Positions 23,695 through 33,049 of a stretch of DNA of 64,000 nucleotides are shown here, piece after piece (position 1 is the stretch's first letter; the number at the start of each line of letters is the position of its first letter). The position numbers and the translations under genes are program-made. The stretch comes from an uncultured Clostridium sp. (GTDB lineage Bacteria; Bacillota; Clostridia; TANB77; CAG-508), in contig CAMFER010000002.1 of assembly GCA_945949485.1 (NCBI GenBank), forward strand, positions 18,761-82,760, written 5' to 3'. Under the pieces are notes generated by a model. That model saw only the letters and a list, made by a program, of their open reading frames with translations. It had not been told where the DNA came from and did no database searches.

Positions 23695-25248
23695 CTATCC
23701 TCTCAAAGCAAAATTTAAAGTATGATTATTCTCTGATTCCGCAAAATTGATTTCATGTATTTCTTTTATCGTCTCTTCTTCTGCATATTCCACTACATAT
23801 TCTAATTCTGTTTGTGTTGTTTGTTCTTCTTCGTCTAATGAACTTCTAAATAAATCTATATAATTTTCAAAAATATTTGTATTTCTCAATTTTATAATAT
23901 ATTGAACCGGGAAAGTTCCCTCTTTATTTTCTGTTATATCTGTTACTATAAAATTTCCAACAGTAAAATATTCTTTAAGATTTATTTCTAATCTATCTCC
24001 TATTTTAAATTCATTATCTTTATCTGTTTTAATAGTTATTTGATTTGTATATTTCTCATTATTTTTAAATGTACTTTTAACATAATCAATTAATTCTTCT
24101 GTTGTAAACCACCCATTATTTACATCTAATATTTTTTCAATTTGTCCTGAAGGTGTTAATTTTCCAGCATTCTTCTCAATTTCGTACCAATTTATTAATT
24201 TCATATTTGCATATCTTAACATTGTTTGACTCATTATAGTATTTAAAGTAATATCGTTCTCGCCTTTGTACGTAACCCCCGTAGCTAAATTCTTAAAAGT
24301 AGAATCCATTGTTAATACAAATAACGCACCACTTGAATCATCGCTTCCAATATCTTTGATATTCAATCCATTATTTAAATCTCCATTTATATTAAAACCA
24401 CTTGTTATGTATGCTTCTTTGTCATTATTATAAAGTATTCTTATATTATCAATCACTGTCGCAGAACCTTGAGCTATTAGATTAGCTTGCGTTCTTTGTG
24501 CAGTTGCTAATGAAATATCCAGTGGATTTTCAAAATCTATTCTATCTCCATTTTTTAACGTTATATTAATGTTATCTTTACTTCCACTATAGAATATCCT
24601 TGCATTTTTTACATTTATTATATTTCCATAATCTATGTTTTCAACCTCAGGAGTTAAGCTTATAAAACCTAAGATTTCTTTTTTATAATTTTTTAAATTT
24701 ATTTCTTTTTTTATTTTTTTATTTAACAAAAAATCAACTGTACATATTGTAATATTTTTAAACTCGTCTATATTCCAATATAAAGAATACTTATTTGAAA
24801 ACGAATTTAAAATCTCTTCTACTGTTCTACTTATAAAATTAACAGTAATTGGCATATCAGTAATATCTATTTCTTTTAAATTAAATCCTTCTTGATATAA
24901 TGGAGATAGTGTCTGATTTATTATTTCACTTAACTTTGCTGTTCTAATTATTGTAACAGTTTTCTTTGTAGCTAATTGTCTTGGAGAATATAAACTTAAT
25001 TCTAATTCTTTCTTTGGTGTTTTTATTTTATTTAATTCAGGTAATTTATAATCAGATACAAAACCGGTAAATTTCAATTCAGAATTTTCACCATATATTT
25101 TTATTTCTTGCTGACAATATGGTAGATCTTCTATCTTACATCTAGAAAAGTCTAGTGTTAAGTCACTATATGTAACTTCACGACTAGACTTATTTATTTG
25201 TACACTATTTATTATTTTATATTTCTTATTATTAAAAAAAGCATACAT
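23695..25248 (-). CDS. phage distal tail protein (Dit-like)
   Basis: 517 aa, immediately downstream of the tape measure gene. Confidence 0.5.
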   Translation of the reverse strand: MYAFFNNKKYKIINSVQINKSSREVTYSDLTLDFSRCKIEDLPYCQQEIKIYGENSELKFTGFVSDYKLPELNKIKTPKKELELSLYSPRQLATKKTVTIIRTAKLSEIINQTLSPLYQEGFNLKEIDITDMPITVNFISRTVEEILNSFSNKYSLYWNIDEFKNITICTVDFLLNKKIKKEINLKNYKKEILGFISLTPEVENIDYGNIINVKNARIFYSGSKDNINITLKNGDRIDFENPLDISLATAQRTQANLIAQGSATVIDNIRILYNNDKEAYITSGFNINGDLNNGLNIKDIGSDDSSGALFVLTMDSTFKNLATGVTYKGENDITLNTIMSQTMLRYANMKLINWYEIEKNAGKLTPSGQIEKILDVNNGWFTTEELIDYVKSTFKNNEKYTNQITIKTDKDNEFKIGDRLEINLKEYFTVGNFIVTDITENKEGTFPVQYIIKLRNTNIFENYIDLFRSSLDEEEQTTQTELEYVVEYAEEETIKEIHEINFAESENNHTLNFALRG

Positions 25249-27236
25249 TAATATGCACCTGCCCCTCTTAATGTCTTGGTTATAGCTGGTGTCACTGCCC
25301 TTCCTACTTTTGTAGTATCCATATATACATCACCTTGTTTTAAAGTTATATTGGCTGTTAGCATTTTGTTTGATATAGCTGTTGTACTTAAATTTGTTGC
25401 TATTTTCCCTGTTTCTAAATTTACTGCAGATTGCATCTTCGTATATAAGCCATTTAAATCAAAATTATCTAAAATACTTTTATTCATTTTGTCTATTGAT
25501 TTTATAGGCTGTTTACTATCCTTCTCTATTCCTAATGCTAATCCTTGCGGTAAGTATTTTCCCCATTTAGCCATTACTCTTGATGGAGAATGAATACCAA
25601 AGAAATTTTTAAATCCTCCTACTATTGAATTTCCTACATTTGAAACCGTTTGAGTTATAAGATTTCCTACATTGGAAAACCCTTTCATTATTCCCTCTAA
25701 AAGACTCCTACCTAATGCTCCCCAATCATAATTTGAAAAAGTATCTCTTATAGAATTAATAATTTGTGGAACTGCAGCTATAATTTGTGGAATTGCTTGT
25801 ATTAATCCCAATGTTAATGCAACCATTAACCTAATTGCACCTTCGACTATTTTGCCTAACATATTTGGATCTGTTAAAGCTTTAACTAAACTGGTTATTA
25901 TTTTAGGTGTTGCTTCTATTATTTTAGGTATTGCATTTACTAATCCTTCAACTAATCCAACTATTAATTCAATTCCTGTTTCTATAAGTAATGGTAAATT
26001 TTCTATAAGCCCATTTACTATTGTCATAATAGCCTCTAATGCTTGTGGAATCAATTGGGGTAACATCTGTGCAATTCCTAATATTAGTTGTAATATCACT
26101 TGTATTCCTACATTTATTAGAGTAGGTAAATTTTGTAATAAAATATTTACAATTGATTGTATTATTTGTAGTGCAATTGGTACAAGCTGTGGCAAGTAAG
26201 TTATTATTCCTGTTATTATTTGTTGTATTACTTGCATTGCAACAGGTATTAGTTGTGGTAAGTAAGTTATTGCCCCTTGTATTAAAGAATCTATTATTTT
26301 TGTACCTGCTTCAAATAATCCTGGTAATATTTCACTTATAAGTGAAGGAATCTGTTGTGCTATCATTGGAAACAAATCTCGAATTAATGAACTTACTCCT
26401 ACTAATGCAGATTTTACAGCTGGTAGTATATTTTCCCCAGCTACTTTTACTGTGTCTACAAGATTTTGAATCAATTTATCCCAATCAGCATCAGGATTAG
26501 TTATTCCAACAAGTAAATTATTAAATGCTCCTTTTACTGAATTTATTGAACCTTCTATAGTAGTACTCGCTTCTTTAGCTGTCGTTCCTGTTATGCCTAA
26601 TTGAGTTTGTATGGCGTGTATCGCTTGAGTAACATCTGCAAAACTATTAATATCATATTTTACTCCTGTAAGTTTTTGTGCATCAGCTAAAAGTCTTTCC
26701 ATTTCTTCTTTTGTTCCGCCATATCCTAATTTTAGGTTATCTAGCATTGTATAGTTTTGCTTAGCAAAGCCTTGATATGCCCATTGTATGCTTTCCATAG
26801 AAGTCCCCATTTTATTTGCATTGTCTGACATATCTATCAATGCTTGATTGGCGTAATCTGCTGCTTTTTCAGTATTTCCACCTAAACTTTGTAATAAACT
26901 TGCACTAAAACTAGTCACAGTTGACATATATTCATTTGCACTTAGTCCTGCTGTCTTATATGCTTCATCAGCATATTTTTGTAACTTTTCGCTACTACTT
27001 TTAAATAAAGTATCAACGCCACCAACTAATTGCTCGTATTCGGCATAAGCATTTACTGATGTTGCTACTAAACCTCCTACTGCAGTACTCGCTGCAGTTA
27101 TTGCCGTAGCTCCCGCTTTAAATGCTGTAGTTAGTCCACTTCCTACTTTTCCTAATGTAGAACTTAAAGCACCAAGTCCTTTCTTTGCTCCACTATCATC
27201 TAATTTAGTATCTATTGTAACTGAGCCGTCTGACAT
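25248..27236 (-). CDS. tail tape measure protein
   Basis: 662 aa. Ala/Gly-rich helical N-terminus and repeated LPQLIP/ITYLPQL helical repeats. Confidence 0.75.
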   Translation of the reverse strand: MSDGSVTIDTKLDDSGAKKGLGALSSTLGKVGSGLTTAFKAGATAITAASTAVGGLVATSVNAYAEYEQLVGGVDTLFKSSSEKLQKYADEAYKTAGLSANEYMSTVTSFSASLLQSLGGNTEKAADYANQALIDMSDNANKMGTSMESIQWAYQGFAKQNYTMLDNLKLGYGGTKEEMERLLADAQKLTGVKYDINSFADVTQAIHAIQTQLGITGTTAKEASTTIEGSINSVKGAFNNLLVGITNPDADWDKLIQNLVDTVKVAGENILPAVKSALVGVSSLIRDLFPMIAQQIPSLISEILPGLFEAGTKIIDSLIQGAITYLPQLIPVAMQVIQQIITGIITYLPQLVPIALQIIQSIVNILLQNLPTLINVGIQVILQLILGIAQMLPQLIPQALEAIMTIVNGLIENLPLLIETGIELIVGLVEGLVNAIPKIIEATPKIITSLVKALTDPNMLGKIVEGAIRLMVALTLGLIQAIPQIIAAVPQIINSIRDTFSNYDWGALGRSLLEGIMKGFSNVGNLITQTVSNVGNSIVGGFKNFFGIHSPSRVMAKWGKYLPQGLALGIEKDSKQPIKSIDKMNKSILDNFDLNGLYTKMQSAVNLETGKIATNLSTTAISNKMLTANITLKQGDVYMDTTKVGRAVTPAITKTLRGAGAY

Positions 27237-27280
27237 AGTCTCTCCTTTCTAGTCAGGCTCACTGGCTCAATTTAAAGACT

Positions 27281-27415
27281 TTATTCCTTATTGATCTTTA
27301 TTTCTATTTCTTTTTTGCAATTTTTGCATAATAAAAAGACGCTTTTTGATATTGCGTCTTTCTCATATTTAACTAATTTTTTCTTACAATAAGGACATAT
27401 AAACCATTTCTTCAT
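27281..27415 (-). CDS. 44-aa Cys-rich zinc-ribbon mini-protein
   Basis: MKKWFICPYCKKKLVKYEKDAISKSVFLLCKNCKKEIEIKINKE with RBS AAAGGGA. Below the track size cutoff. Confidence 0.4.
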   Translation of the reverse strand: MKKWFICPYCKKKLVKYEKDAISKSVFLLCKNCKKEIEIKINKE

Positions 27416-27426
27416 ATTATCCCTTT

Positions 27427-27660
27427 CTATTGTCTTAAGCATTGTCCGGAATTATCTCTATATCCTCCAGAAGCTATTTTTATTAAGTCTAAAATAGTCC
27501 CTATTAAAAATAAATTCATAGTACATATCTTTATTATTCCTTTTCCATAATTTCCTAAATAAAAATCATGTATTCCTCCAAGTCCAATAAATCCTAGACA
27601 ACATAATCCTAATGCTGTTGACTTTGATTTATCGCTAGATATTGTTGAATAATTTGCCAT
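27427..27660 (-). CDS. TM2-domain membrane protein
   Basis: LGLCCLGFIGLGGIHDFYLGNYGKG. Start MANYS after AAAAGGGGG. Confidence 0.55.
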   Translation of the reverse strand: MANYSTISSDKSKSTALGLCCLGFIGLGGIHDFYLGNYGKGIIKICTMNLFLIGTILDLIKIASGGYRDNSGQCLRQ

Positions 27661-27725
27661 AATAATCCCCCTTTTCAACATATTTATAAAAAGAGTATAT
27701 ACATTTTTTGACAAATTGTCAATGT

Positions 27726-28301
27726 TTACCATAAAGCTTCCGCAAAATCTTCTTCTTTTTCTTCTTCGGATCTCATATCAGGCAGTTTATAAATTTCTTG
27801 TAAATATTTGTATCTTTTCTTTTCTTGTTTATCTTTAATTTTACTTATATCTAATGCCCTATACCCCATAATTTGAACTATTTGTGTTTTATCTGTCAAG
27901 CATTCAAACAAAGACTTGAACTGCCACCAATGTAAGTCTGTTTTTTGTAAGTCAATATTGTATTGTTGTATAAATGCACTATATATTTTATTATCATCAA
28001 ATTTATAGCTATAAATTTGCTTATTATTTCCTTTTTTTCGACTAGTCTTTTCTTCTTTACCACATTTATAAAACCATATAATATCTTCTATCCTTTTTTG
28101 TATTTCTTTTGCTTCTTTAATTTCAGCTAAATCTTTTTTTAAATAAAAAAGATTTAAAGCTAATTCTATCTGCTCATCCTTATTCAATATCTTATCCTGC
28201 ATTAATAATTCAAATTTTATTCCTTGCTTATAACTGGTTCTTATTTTATACCCATTTGGTGTTATTTTAGGCAAATTATCTAATAATATATTACATAGCA
28301 T
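27726..28301 (-). CDS. phage hypothetical protein (possible tail assembly chaperone, long form)
   Basis: 191 aa, between the major tail and TMP genes. Overlaps the upstream ORF by 1 nt. Confidence 0.35.
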   Translation of the reverse strand: MLCNILLDNLPKITPNGYKIRTSYKQGIKFELLMQDKILNKDEQIELALNLFYLKKDLAEIKEAKEIQKRIEDIIWFYKCGKEEKTSRKKGNNKQIYSYKFDDNKIYSAFIQQYNIDLQKTDLHWWQFKSLFECLTDKTQIVQIMGYRALDISKIKDKQEKKRYKYLQEIYKLPDMRSEEEKEEDFAEALW

Positions 28302-28615
28302 TACTTATACCTTTCATATTTCTTATTCATTTTATTTGTCTTTTCTTTCATTTTATTATTTACTTTCTCTGCTTCTTCAATTAAATCTTGATATGCATCA
28401 GTAATCTTAAAAATATTATTTTTTTCTCCAAAAATCTTTTGACTAGTTCCTCTACCGATTAGTTCATCAAAAAAATCTTTATAAACTTTGCATTTTCCTA
28501 CTAAAGTATCAGATTTTGCTAGTAATTCTTTATATTTACGATCTAGCTCTATCACTTTGTCCATATTTTCTGCTTCTTCAAAATCAAAATCAATTTCTTT
28601 ATCTAAAATTTTCAT
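28301..28615 (-). CDS. phage hypothetical protein (possible tail assembly chaperone)
   Basis: 104 aa, acidic, directly downstream of the major tail gene. Confidence 0.35.
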   Translation of the reverse strand: MKILDKEIDFDFEEAENMDKVIELDRKYKELLAKSDTLVGKCKVYKDFFDELIGRGTSQKIFGEKNNIFKITDAYQDLIEEAEKVNNKMKEKTNKMNKKYERYK

Positions 28616-28645
28616 AATTCCTCCTAAATTTTAAGAGGCTTATTG

Positions 28646-29377
28646 CTAAGCCTCTACTAAAGTTATCTCTTTTAATTCAGCTTTATTGGTTACTGCCACA
28701 GATATATCATCTTGTGTTGTATATCCTGTTTTAGACACTTCAATGTTTGAATGTGTTTTGGCTTCTAAAAATACAGCTACTATTCCATTTGCATCTGTTA
28801 AAAATGTTGTTCCATCTATTTTTATATTTGCTCCTTCTACAGGTCCTTCACTATCTTTAACTAAAAATGTTACTGGATATTCTGCAACTTCTCCTGTAGC
28901 TTTAAATGTTGCTATTGTATTATCAGCATTTAAAGTTGCAACACCCTTTGTCATATTACTATTCTTTCTAAATGCTCCTGAATATGTATAAGCATCTGTT
29001 GAATCTCCTTCTGTGTCAGGTACAGTTGTATATGTTCTTAATCGTGCTTCATATCCATCTTCCACAGGTTTACTAAAATCTACTATTAATATTTTTACTA
29101 GTGCTTCATCCCCTGTTAACTCATCATCTGTTATTTTTACTATTTTTTCGTGTACTAAGTTTCCAGAATATAAATCAAAAGCATAACTAATCTCTTCTGA
29201 ATATCCAGTTACATCTGTTACCTCTCCATCTTCATCTACATAAGTTCTTGAATATTCTGTTGGATTTTTAGATTTTGAAATTTCAGTAAACTTTCTCATT
29301 CTTAAAAAGTTAGGTATAGCTGTTGTTGATACATCCATAAAAGCAACTTTTCCACTTCTTTTAACTAATTTTTCCAC
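28646..29377 (-). CDS. phage major tail protein
   Basis: 243 aa. Position and size; Thr/Val-rich beta-strand C-terminal half. Confidence 0.55.
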   Translation of the reverse strand: MEKLVKRSGKVAFMDVSTTAIPNFLRMRKFTEISKSKNPTEYSRTYVDEDGEVTDVTGYSEEISYAFDLYSGNLVHEKIVKITDDELTGDEALVKILIVDFSKPVEDGYEARLRTYTTVPDTEGDSTDAYTYSGAFRKNSNMTKGVATLNADNTIATFKATGEVAEYPVTFLVKDSEGPVEGANIKIDGTTFLTDANGIVAVFLEAKTHSNIEVSKTGYTTQDDISVAVTNKAELKEITLVEA

Positions 29378-29408
29378 TTTGTTTCCTCCTTATAAAAAAA
29401 ATAAAGTC

Positions 29409-29825
29409 CTAAAAGGATTCTTCTACATATGCAACTTGCATTGGTATAATGTAAATTGCTGTTGTCTCAGTAGTTTGAGTTATTGTTCCTCTCCCTAATA
29501 CTTTTATCCAGTCAATTCCATCAATTTTGGGCAAGTTGTCTTTGTTATTTTGTTCTTCTATCCAATTTATTAAATCATCACAAAACTTTGAATTTTTTAT
29601 ATTTTCCAAAACGCTAAAATTGGCTTGTATTGAAAAATCGAATTGAACTTGTAATCTTCTACCACCATCTCTAAAATTGTTTAATACAGGTTCTACTGGT
29701 GTTTCGTCTATTGAATAAGACTGTGGCTTTTCCTTTATATAATCTAGTGTCACTTTTCCATTTTTTAAAAGTGGACAAGTTTCTAAAAATTCTCCTATTA
29801 GTGTCATTTTTGATTTTTCTTCCAT
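29409..29825 (-). CDS. phage tail completion/terminator-like protein
   Basis: 138 aa, by position. Confidence 0.35.
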   Translation of the reverse strand: MEEKSKMTLIGEFLETCPLLKNGKVTLDYIKEKPQSYSIDETPVEPVLNNFRDGGRRLQVQFDFSIQANFSVLENIKNSKFCDDLINWIEEQNNKDNLPKIDGIDWIKVLGRGTITQTTETTAIYIIPMQVAYVEESF

Positions 29826-29826
29826 T

Positions 29827-30237
29827 TTAGCCTCCTGATTTTATAAAATTTTCTACATCGTTTATTAAATCGTTTCTATGTCGTTGCAACATTAGTTTAT
29901 CCCATTTTGCACCTGTTCCAGATGTATGATATTTTAATTTCTTATTAGTATAATGTTTCTTTTCTCCCTTTTTAGCCCAACTAGATCCATTTTTGGCAAG
30001 CATTAACTTTCCTAAATATTGATAATGAGCAAAAGGACTTGTATATTTAATTTCATGATTGCTAGGATAAGTTTTTATTTTCGCTAATTCTCCTCCTGAG
30101 CCCCCTGGCACAAATGGAGTCATTAATCTATCAGCACTATCTCTTAAATATTTTGTGACTTGTCCATCTTTATCTAGTCCATGATCTTTTAAAATCTTAT
30201 TTATAGAGTTCATCTTCACTTTTACATTCAGTTTCAT
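29827..30237 (-). CDS. HK97 gp10-like head-tail joining protein
   Basis: 136 aa, by position and size. Confidence 0.35.
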   Translation of the reverse strand: MKLNVKVKMNSINKILKDHGLDKDGQVTKYLRDSADRLMTPFVPGGSGGELAKIKTYPSNHEIKYTSPFAHYQYLGKLMLAKNGSSWAKKGEKKHYTNKKLKYHTSGTGAKWDKLMLQRHRNDLINDVENFIKSGG

Positions 30238-30573
30238 TACTCTGTGACTCCTATTTTATAGTGTTGTAATTTACCTTTTCGGTTATCATCTACACTAACA
30301 ACTTTAAATATTTGATATTTTTCTTGTAATGTAGATAAATCAAATTCATCATCAACAATTCCTTCAACTATGTAATCATTTGTAGAAATGTTTAACCTTT
30401 CTGTAGTAGGTATTGTAATAGAACCTGTACTTCCCTTTTCAAATCCGTTTATCAATTAAGTTAGCTTTTTTATTATGTCTAAAATAAACTTTGTCAAAAT
30501 GGATTTTCGTAAAATTCTCATCATCTTCTGTATGATATACAGTTATTTGATGTATAAAAAATCTATCATTCAT
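30237..30573 (-). CDS. phage head-tail adaptor-like protein; needs a +1 shift at CGG (CCG 30445-30447)
   Basis: ATG at 30573 directly abuts the stop of the upstream gene (TAAATG). A 42-codon N-terminal segment (MNDRFFIHQITVYHTEDDENFTKIHFDKVYFRHNKKANLIDK) runs into AAA CGG A, then continues as GFEKGSTGS..., the track ORF 30237..30455. Confidence 0.5.
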
Positions 30574-30957
30574 TTAACACACCCCACAATACAAAAGTGG
30601 ATTCCCATCTGTTCCAATTACATTCCAAAGATATTGTTTTAATTTTTTTTGTTTCTTTTCTTCATAATCAGTCTTGATTTCTTCTGGTGTAGAATAACTT
30701 TCACTCCAACCTTCAATATTTTGTGATTTAAGGTTTCCTATTTCGGATAATTTTGTGTTTTCTTCATCAATTAAATTAATAATTAAGCAAGTAACATATT
30801 TTACTTGCTCAGGTATATTGTTTTGACCTACACGGCCATATGTAGCATTATTTATATATGTACTTGCTTCTATATTTAATTTTTTAAAATCTTTAGGCAC
30901 GTTATCTGCACCTAATACTTCTTTATATTCTTCTTCATCTTTTAAGTAAGTTAACAT
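30574..30957 (-). CDS. phage head-tail connector protein
   Basis: 127 aa, by position and size. Confidence 0.4.
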   Translation of the reverse strand: MLTYLKDEEEYKEVLGADNVPKDFKKLNIEASTYINNATYGRVGQNNIPEQVKYVTCLIINLIDEENTKLSEIGNLKSQNIEGWSESYSTPEEIKTDYEEKKQKKLKQYLWNVIGTDGNPLLYCGVC

Positions 30958-30969
30958 GCCTTATTCCTC

Positions 30970-31260
30970 CTATTCTGCTCCTGCTACACTAATTGTCGCA
31001 TTATTTGTAAAAGTTTTTGATTTACTATCTGTCACTTTTATATTAATTTTATATTCTTTTTCTGTCAAAGGTGTAGTATTTACTTTTACATTAGTTCCAT
31101 CAATTTTAAAAGAATTATTATCAACTCCATTTACTTCATCAGTTTCTAATGTATATGTAAAAGGTCCTGTTCCACCTTCAGCAGATAAAGTTGCAACAAC
31201 AGCATCAGCATTTACATTTTCATTTCCTTGTTGTAATCCCTCTTCTGGAGTTATTGTCAA
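30970..31260 (-). CDS. Ig-like domain ORF, probably expressed only as a C-terminal extension of the capsid protein by -1 frameshifting
   Basis: Beta-rich 96 aa (TYTLETDEVNGVDNNSFKIDGTNVKV). Open in the -1 frame from the A10 run at the capsid 3' end. No RBS of its own. Confidence 0.5.
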   Translation of the reverse strand: MTITPEEGLQQGNENVNADAVVATLSAEGGTGPFTYTLETDEVNGVDNNSFKIDGTNVKVNTTPLTEKEYKINIKVTDSKSKTFTNNATISVAGAE

Positions 31261-31280
31261 TCCTGTTATTTCTGGATCTA

Positions 31281-32114
31281 CTACACTACTTTTTTTTTTA
31301 TTTGTACACCAAGTTTATTTGTTACCATTAATCCACCAACTTGTCTACCTTGTAAAGCTGATGATTTTATATGTTTACCATCTTTAATATCCTCAACAGA
31401 TGGCTCTGCTTTCCATACTTCATATTTTTGACAAAATCTTTTATCGTAAATAACAAATTCAACATCTTCATCCATCAAATAGTTTGGTTTTACTGGGACT
31501 CCTGCTATCTTTCCTATTACTCCTTCTCTAACTAATTCAGCTCCTAATGTTCCTGATGTATTAGAGAACTTTTCATCAGTTAATAATAGCTCTTCTGTAT
31601 CAGCACTAACAACTACTCTCATTGAAGATACTTTCATACTTCTCTTTTTCATATTTTTAATTTCTGCTACTATTTTTTTGTAAACATCGGCCGTTGTTAA
31701 AGCTGTTGTATCTGAGCTCTCTGTACCAGTCATTAAACATTCAATAGCCATATTTTCCTTTTTTAATCCTATTGAATATCCTGCACTTTCAATTCTTTGT
31801 GCTATTAAATTATCTGGAACTGCTTCTGCCTCATATCCATCAATAAGTTCATTTACTCCATAATCTTTATCTACTGGTAATGGTAGATAATCTGTTGCTG
31901 ATTGTGTTAATTCAATACCGTTTAAAATATCATAATCTGATACTTTAACTTCTCCATTCCTTGTTGGTACCATTATTTGTCCTGTTACTTCATCTTGTTC
32001 ATAATCTGTTGAAAAATCGTCATATATATTTGTTTCTGCTCTTGCAATTGCTAAAACTTGATTTGCATAAGTTTCCTTTCTTTTATGTGTTCCTGTTCCT
32101 AACGCATTTGCCAT
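31281..32114 (-). CDS. phage major capsid protein
   Basis: 277 aa, between scaffold and connector genes. Ends ...QIKKKVV with an A10 slippery run. Confidence 0.6.
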   Translation of the reverse strand: MANALGTGTHKRKETYANQVLAIARAETNIYDDFSTDYEQDEVTGQIMVPTRNGEVKVSDYDILNGIELTQSATDYLPLPVDKDYGVNELIDGYEAEAVPDNLIAQRIESAGYSIGLKKENMAIECLMTGTESSDTTALTTADVYKKIVAEIKNMKKRSMKVSSMRVVVSADTEELLLTDEKFSNTSGTLGAELVREGVIGKIAGVPVKPNYLMDEDVEFVIYDKRFCQKYEVWKAEPSVEDIKDGKHIKSSALQGRQVGGLMVTNKLGVQIKKKVV

Positions 32115-32116
32115 AT

Positions 32117-32683
32117 TTAATCATCCTTTCCTTCAAATAATTCAGGGTGTTTAGCTTTTAATATTGCTGTTACACCGCTTTCATTAGAGCTTATAGTTCT
32201 TACTGGTGCACCAGTCGCTTTATGCTCTGTTGTTTCAAGTTCTTGTTTTAAATATTTAGGGTTATCCTTCAAGAACTTAGCTAAATTCTCTTCAAACTCG
32301 CCGTCCATTTTGCTTACTTTGAATAAGATATAATCAACATCATCTGCATCAGTAACTCCTGCTTTTAAAACTGCATTTTCTTTTTCTAATTCTGATATCT
32401 TTGTATCTTTTTCTTTGTATTCAGCTTCTTTTTCAGCTTGTTTTTGTTCAGCTGTTTTTTGACTTTCTTGCCACTCTTTGAATGCTTTTAATTCTTCTTT
32501 AGTAGGCATTCCTTTCATTTTTTTAGCAAGCATTGCATCAGCTATTTTTTGTGCTTCTGCTTTCAAGTCACCTTCAGCTTTCCCCTCATTTTTTTCTGTA
32601 GTTTGAGTATCTACATTCCCAGTTCCTTCGTTTCCTTCTACTGTATTGTTTTCTTGTTTTTCTAAATCTTTGTTATCTTCCAT
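32117..32683 (-). CDS. phage capsid scaffolding protein
   Basis: Acidic coiled-coil protein. Start MEDNKDLEKQ preceded by GGGAGG; the track's 10-codon N-terminal extension lacks an RBS. Confidence 0.6.
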   Translation of the reverse strand: MEDNKDLEKQENNTVEGNEGTGNVDTQTTEKNEGKAEGDLKAEAQKIADAMLAKKMKGMPTKEELKAFKEWQESQKTAEQKQAEKEAEYKEKDTKISELEKENAVLKAGVTDADDVDYILFKVSKMDGEFEENLAKFLKDNPKYLKQELETTEHKATGAPVRTISSNESGVTAILKAKHPELFEGKDD

Positions 32684-32761
32684 TTTTACCTCCCGTTTAT
32701 CGCCCGTCGGCATATTCCCAGTTGTTCTTTTAAGCCTGCTCCCGTAAAAAAGGCATAAAAA

Positions 32762-32782
32762 TAAGAGCTATTTCTAGCTCTT
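32762..32782 (-). terminator. rho-independent terminator
   Basis: AGAGCTA-gaaa-TAGCTCT then TATTTTTAT on the reverse strand. Confidence 0.5.
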
Positions 32783-32823
32783 TGTATATAAAAAAGACAC
32801 CCTCTATGGTGCCTTAATTAGCC

Positions 32824-33045
32824 TTATAAATTGTTTTCTATTTCTACTATTATATCTAATATTTTTTCATACTCTTCTGCAAGTTTCGTAAAATCTTGAT
32901 TTTTATCAAGATTATTTACCATTGCATCACATACAATATCTTCTAATTCCTCTAAAGTAGTTTCATTATATTCAGTGTTTATATCTACATTAATTTTTTC
33001 TAGTAATTCAATTTGCCTTTTATCAAATTTATTATTGATTTTCAT
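32824..33045 (-). CDS. phage hypothetical protein
   Basis: 73 aa, acidic. Confidence 0.4.
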   Translation of the reverse strand: MKINNKFDKRQIELLEKINVDINTEYNETTLEELEDIVCDAMVNNLDKNQDFTKLAEEYEKILDIIVEIENNL

Positions 33046-33049
33046 AATA

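Noticed and set aside
32684-32713. In-frame CGG in the annotated N-terminal extension of the scaffold protein (MPTGDKREVK...)
   Set aside because: The downstream ATG (MEDNK...) has a GGGAGG RBS 7 nt upstream, and the first ATG has none. The CGG most likely lies in the leader, not in coding sequence.
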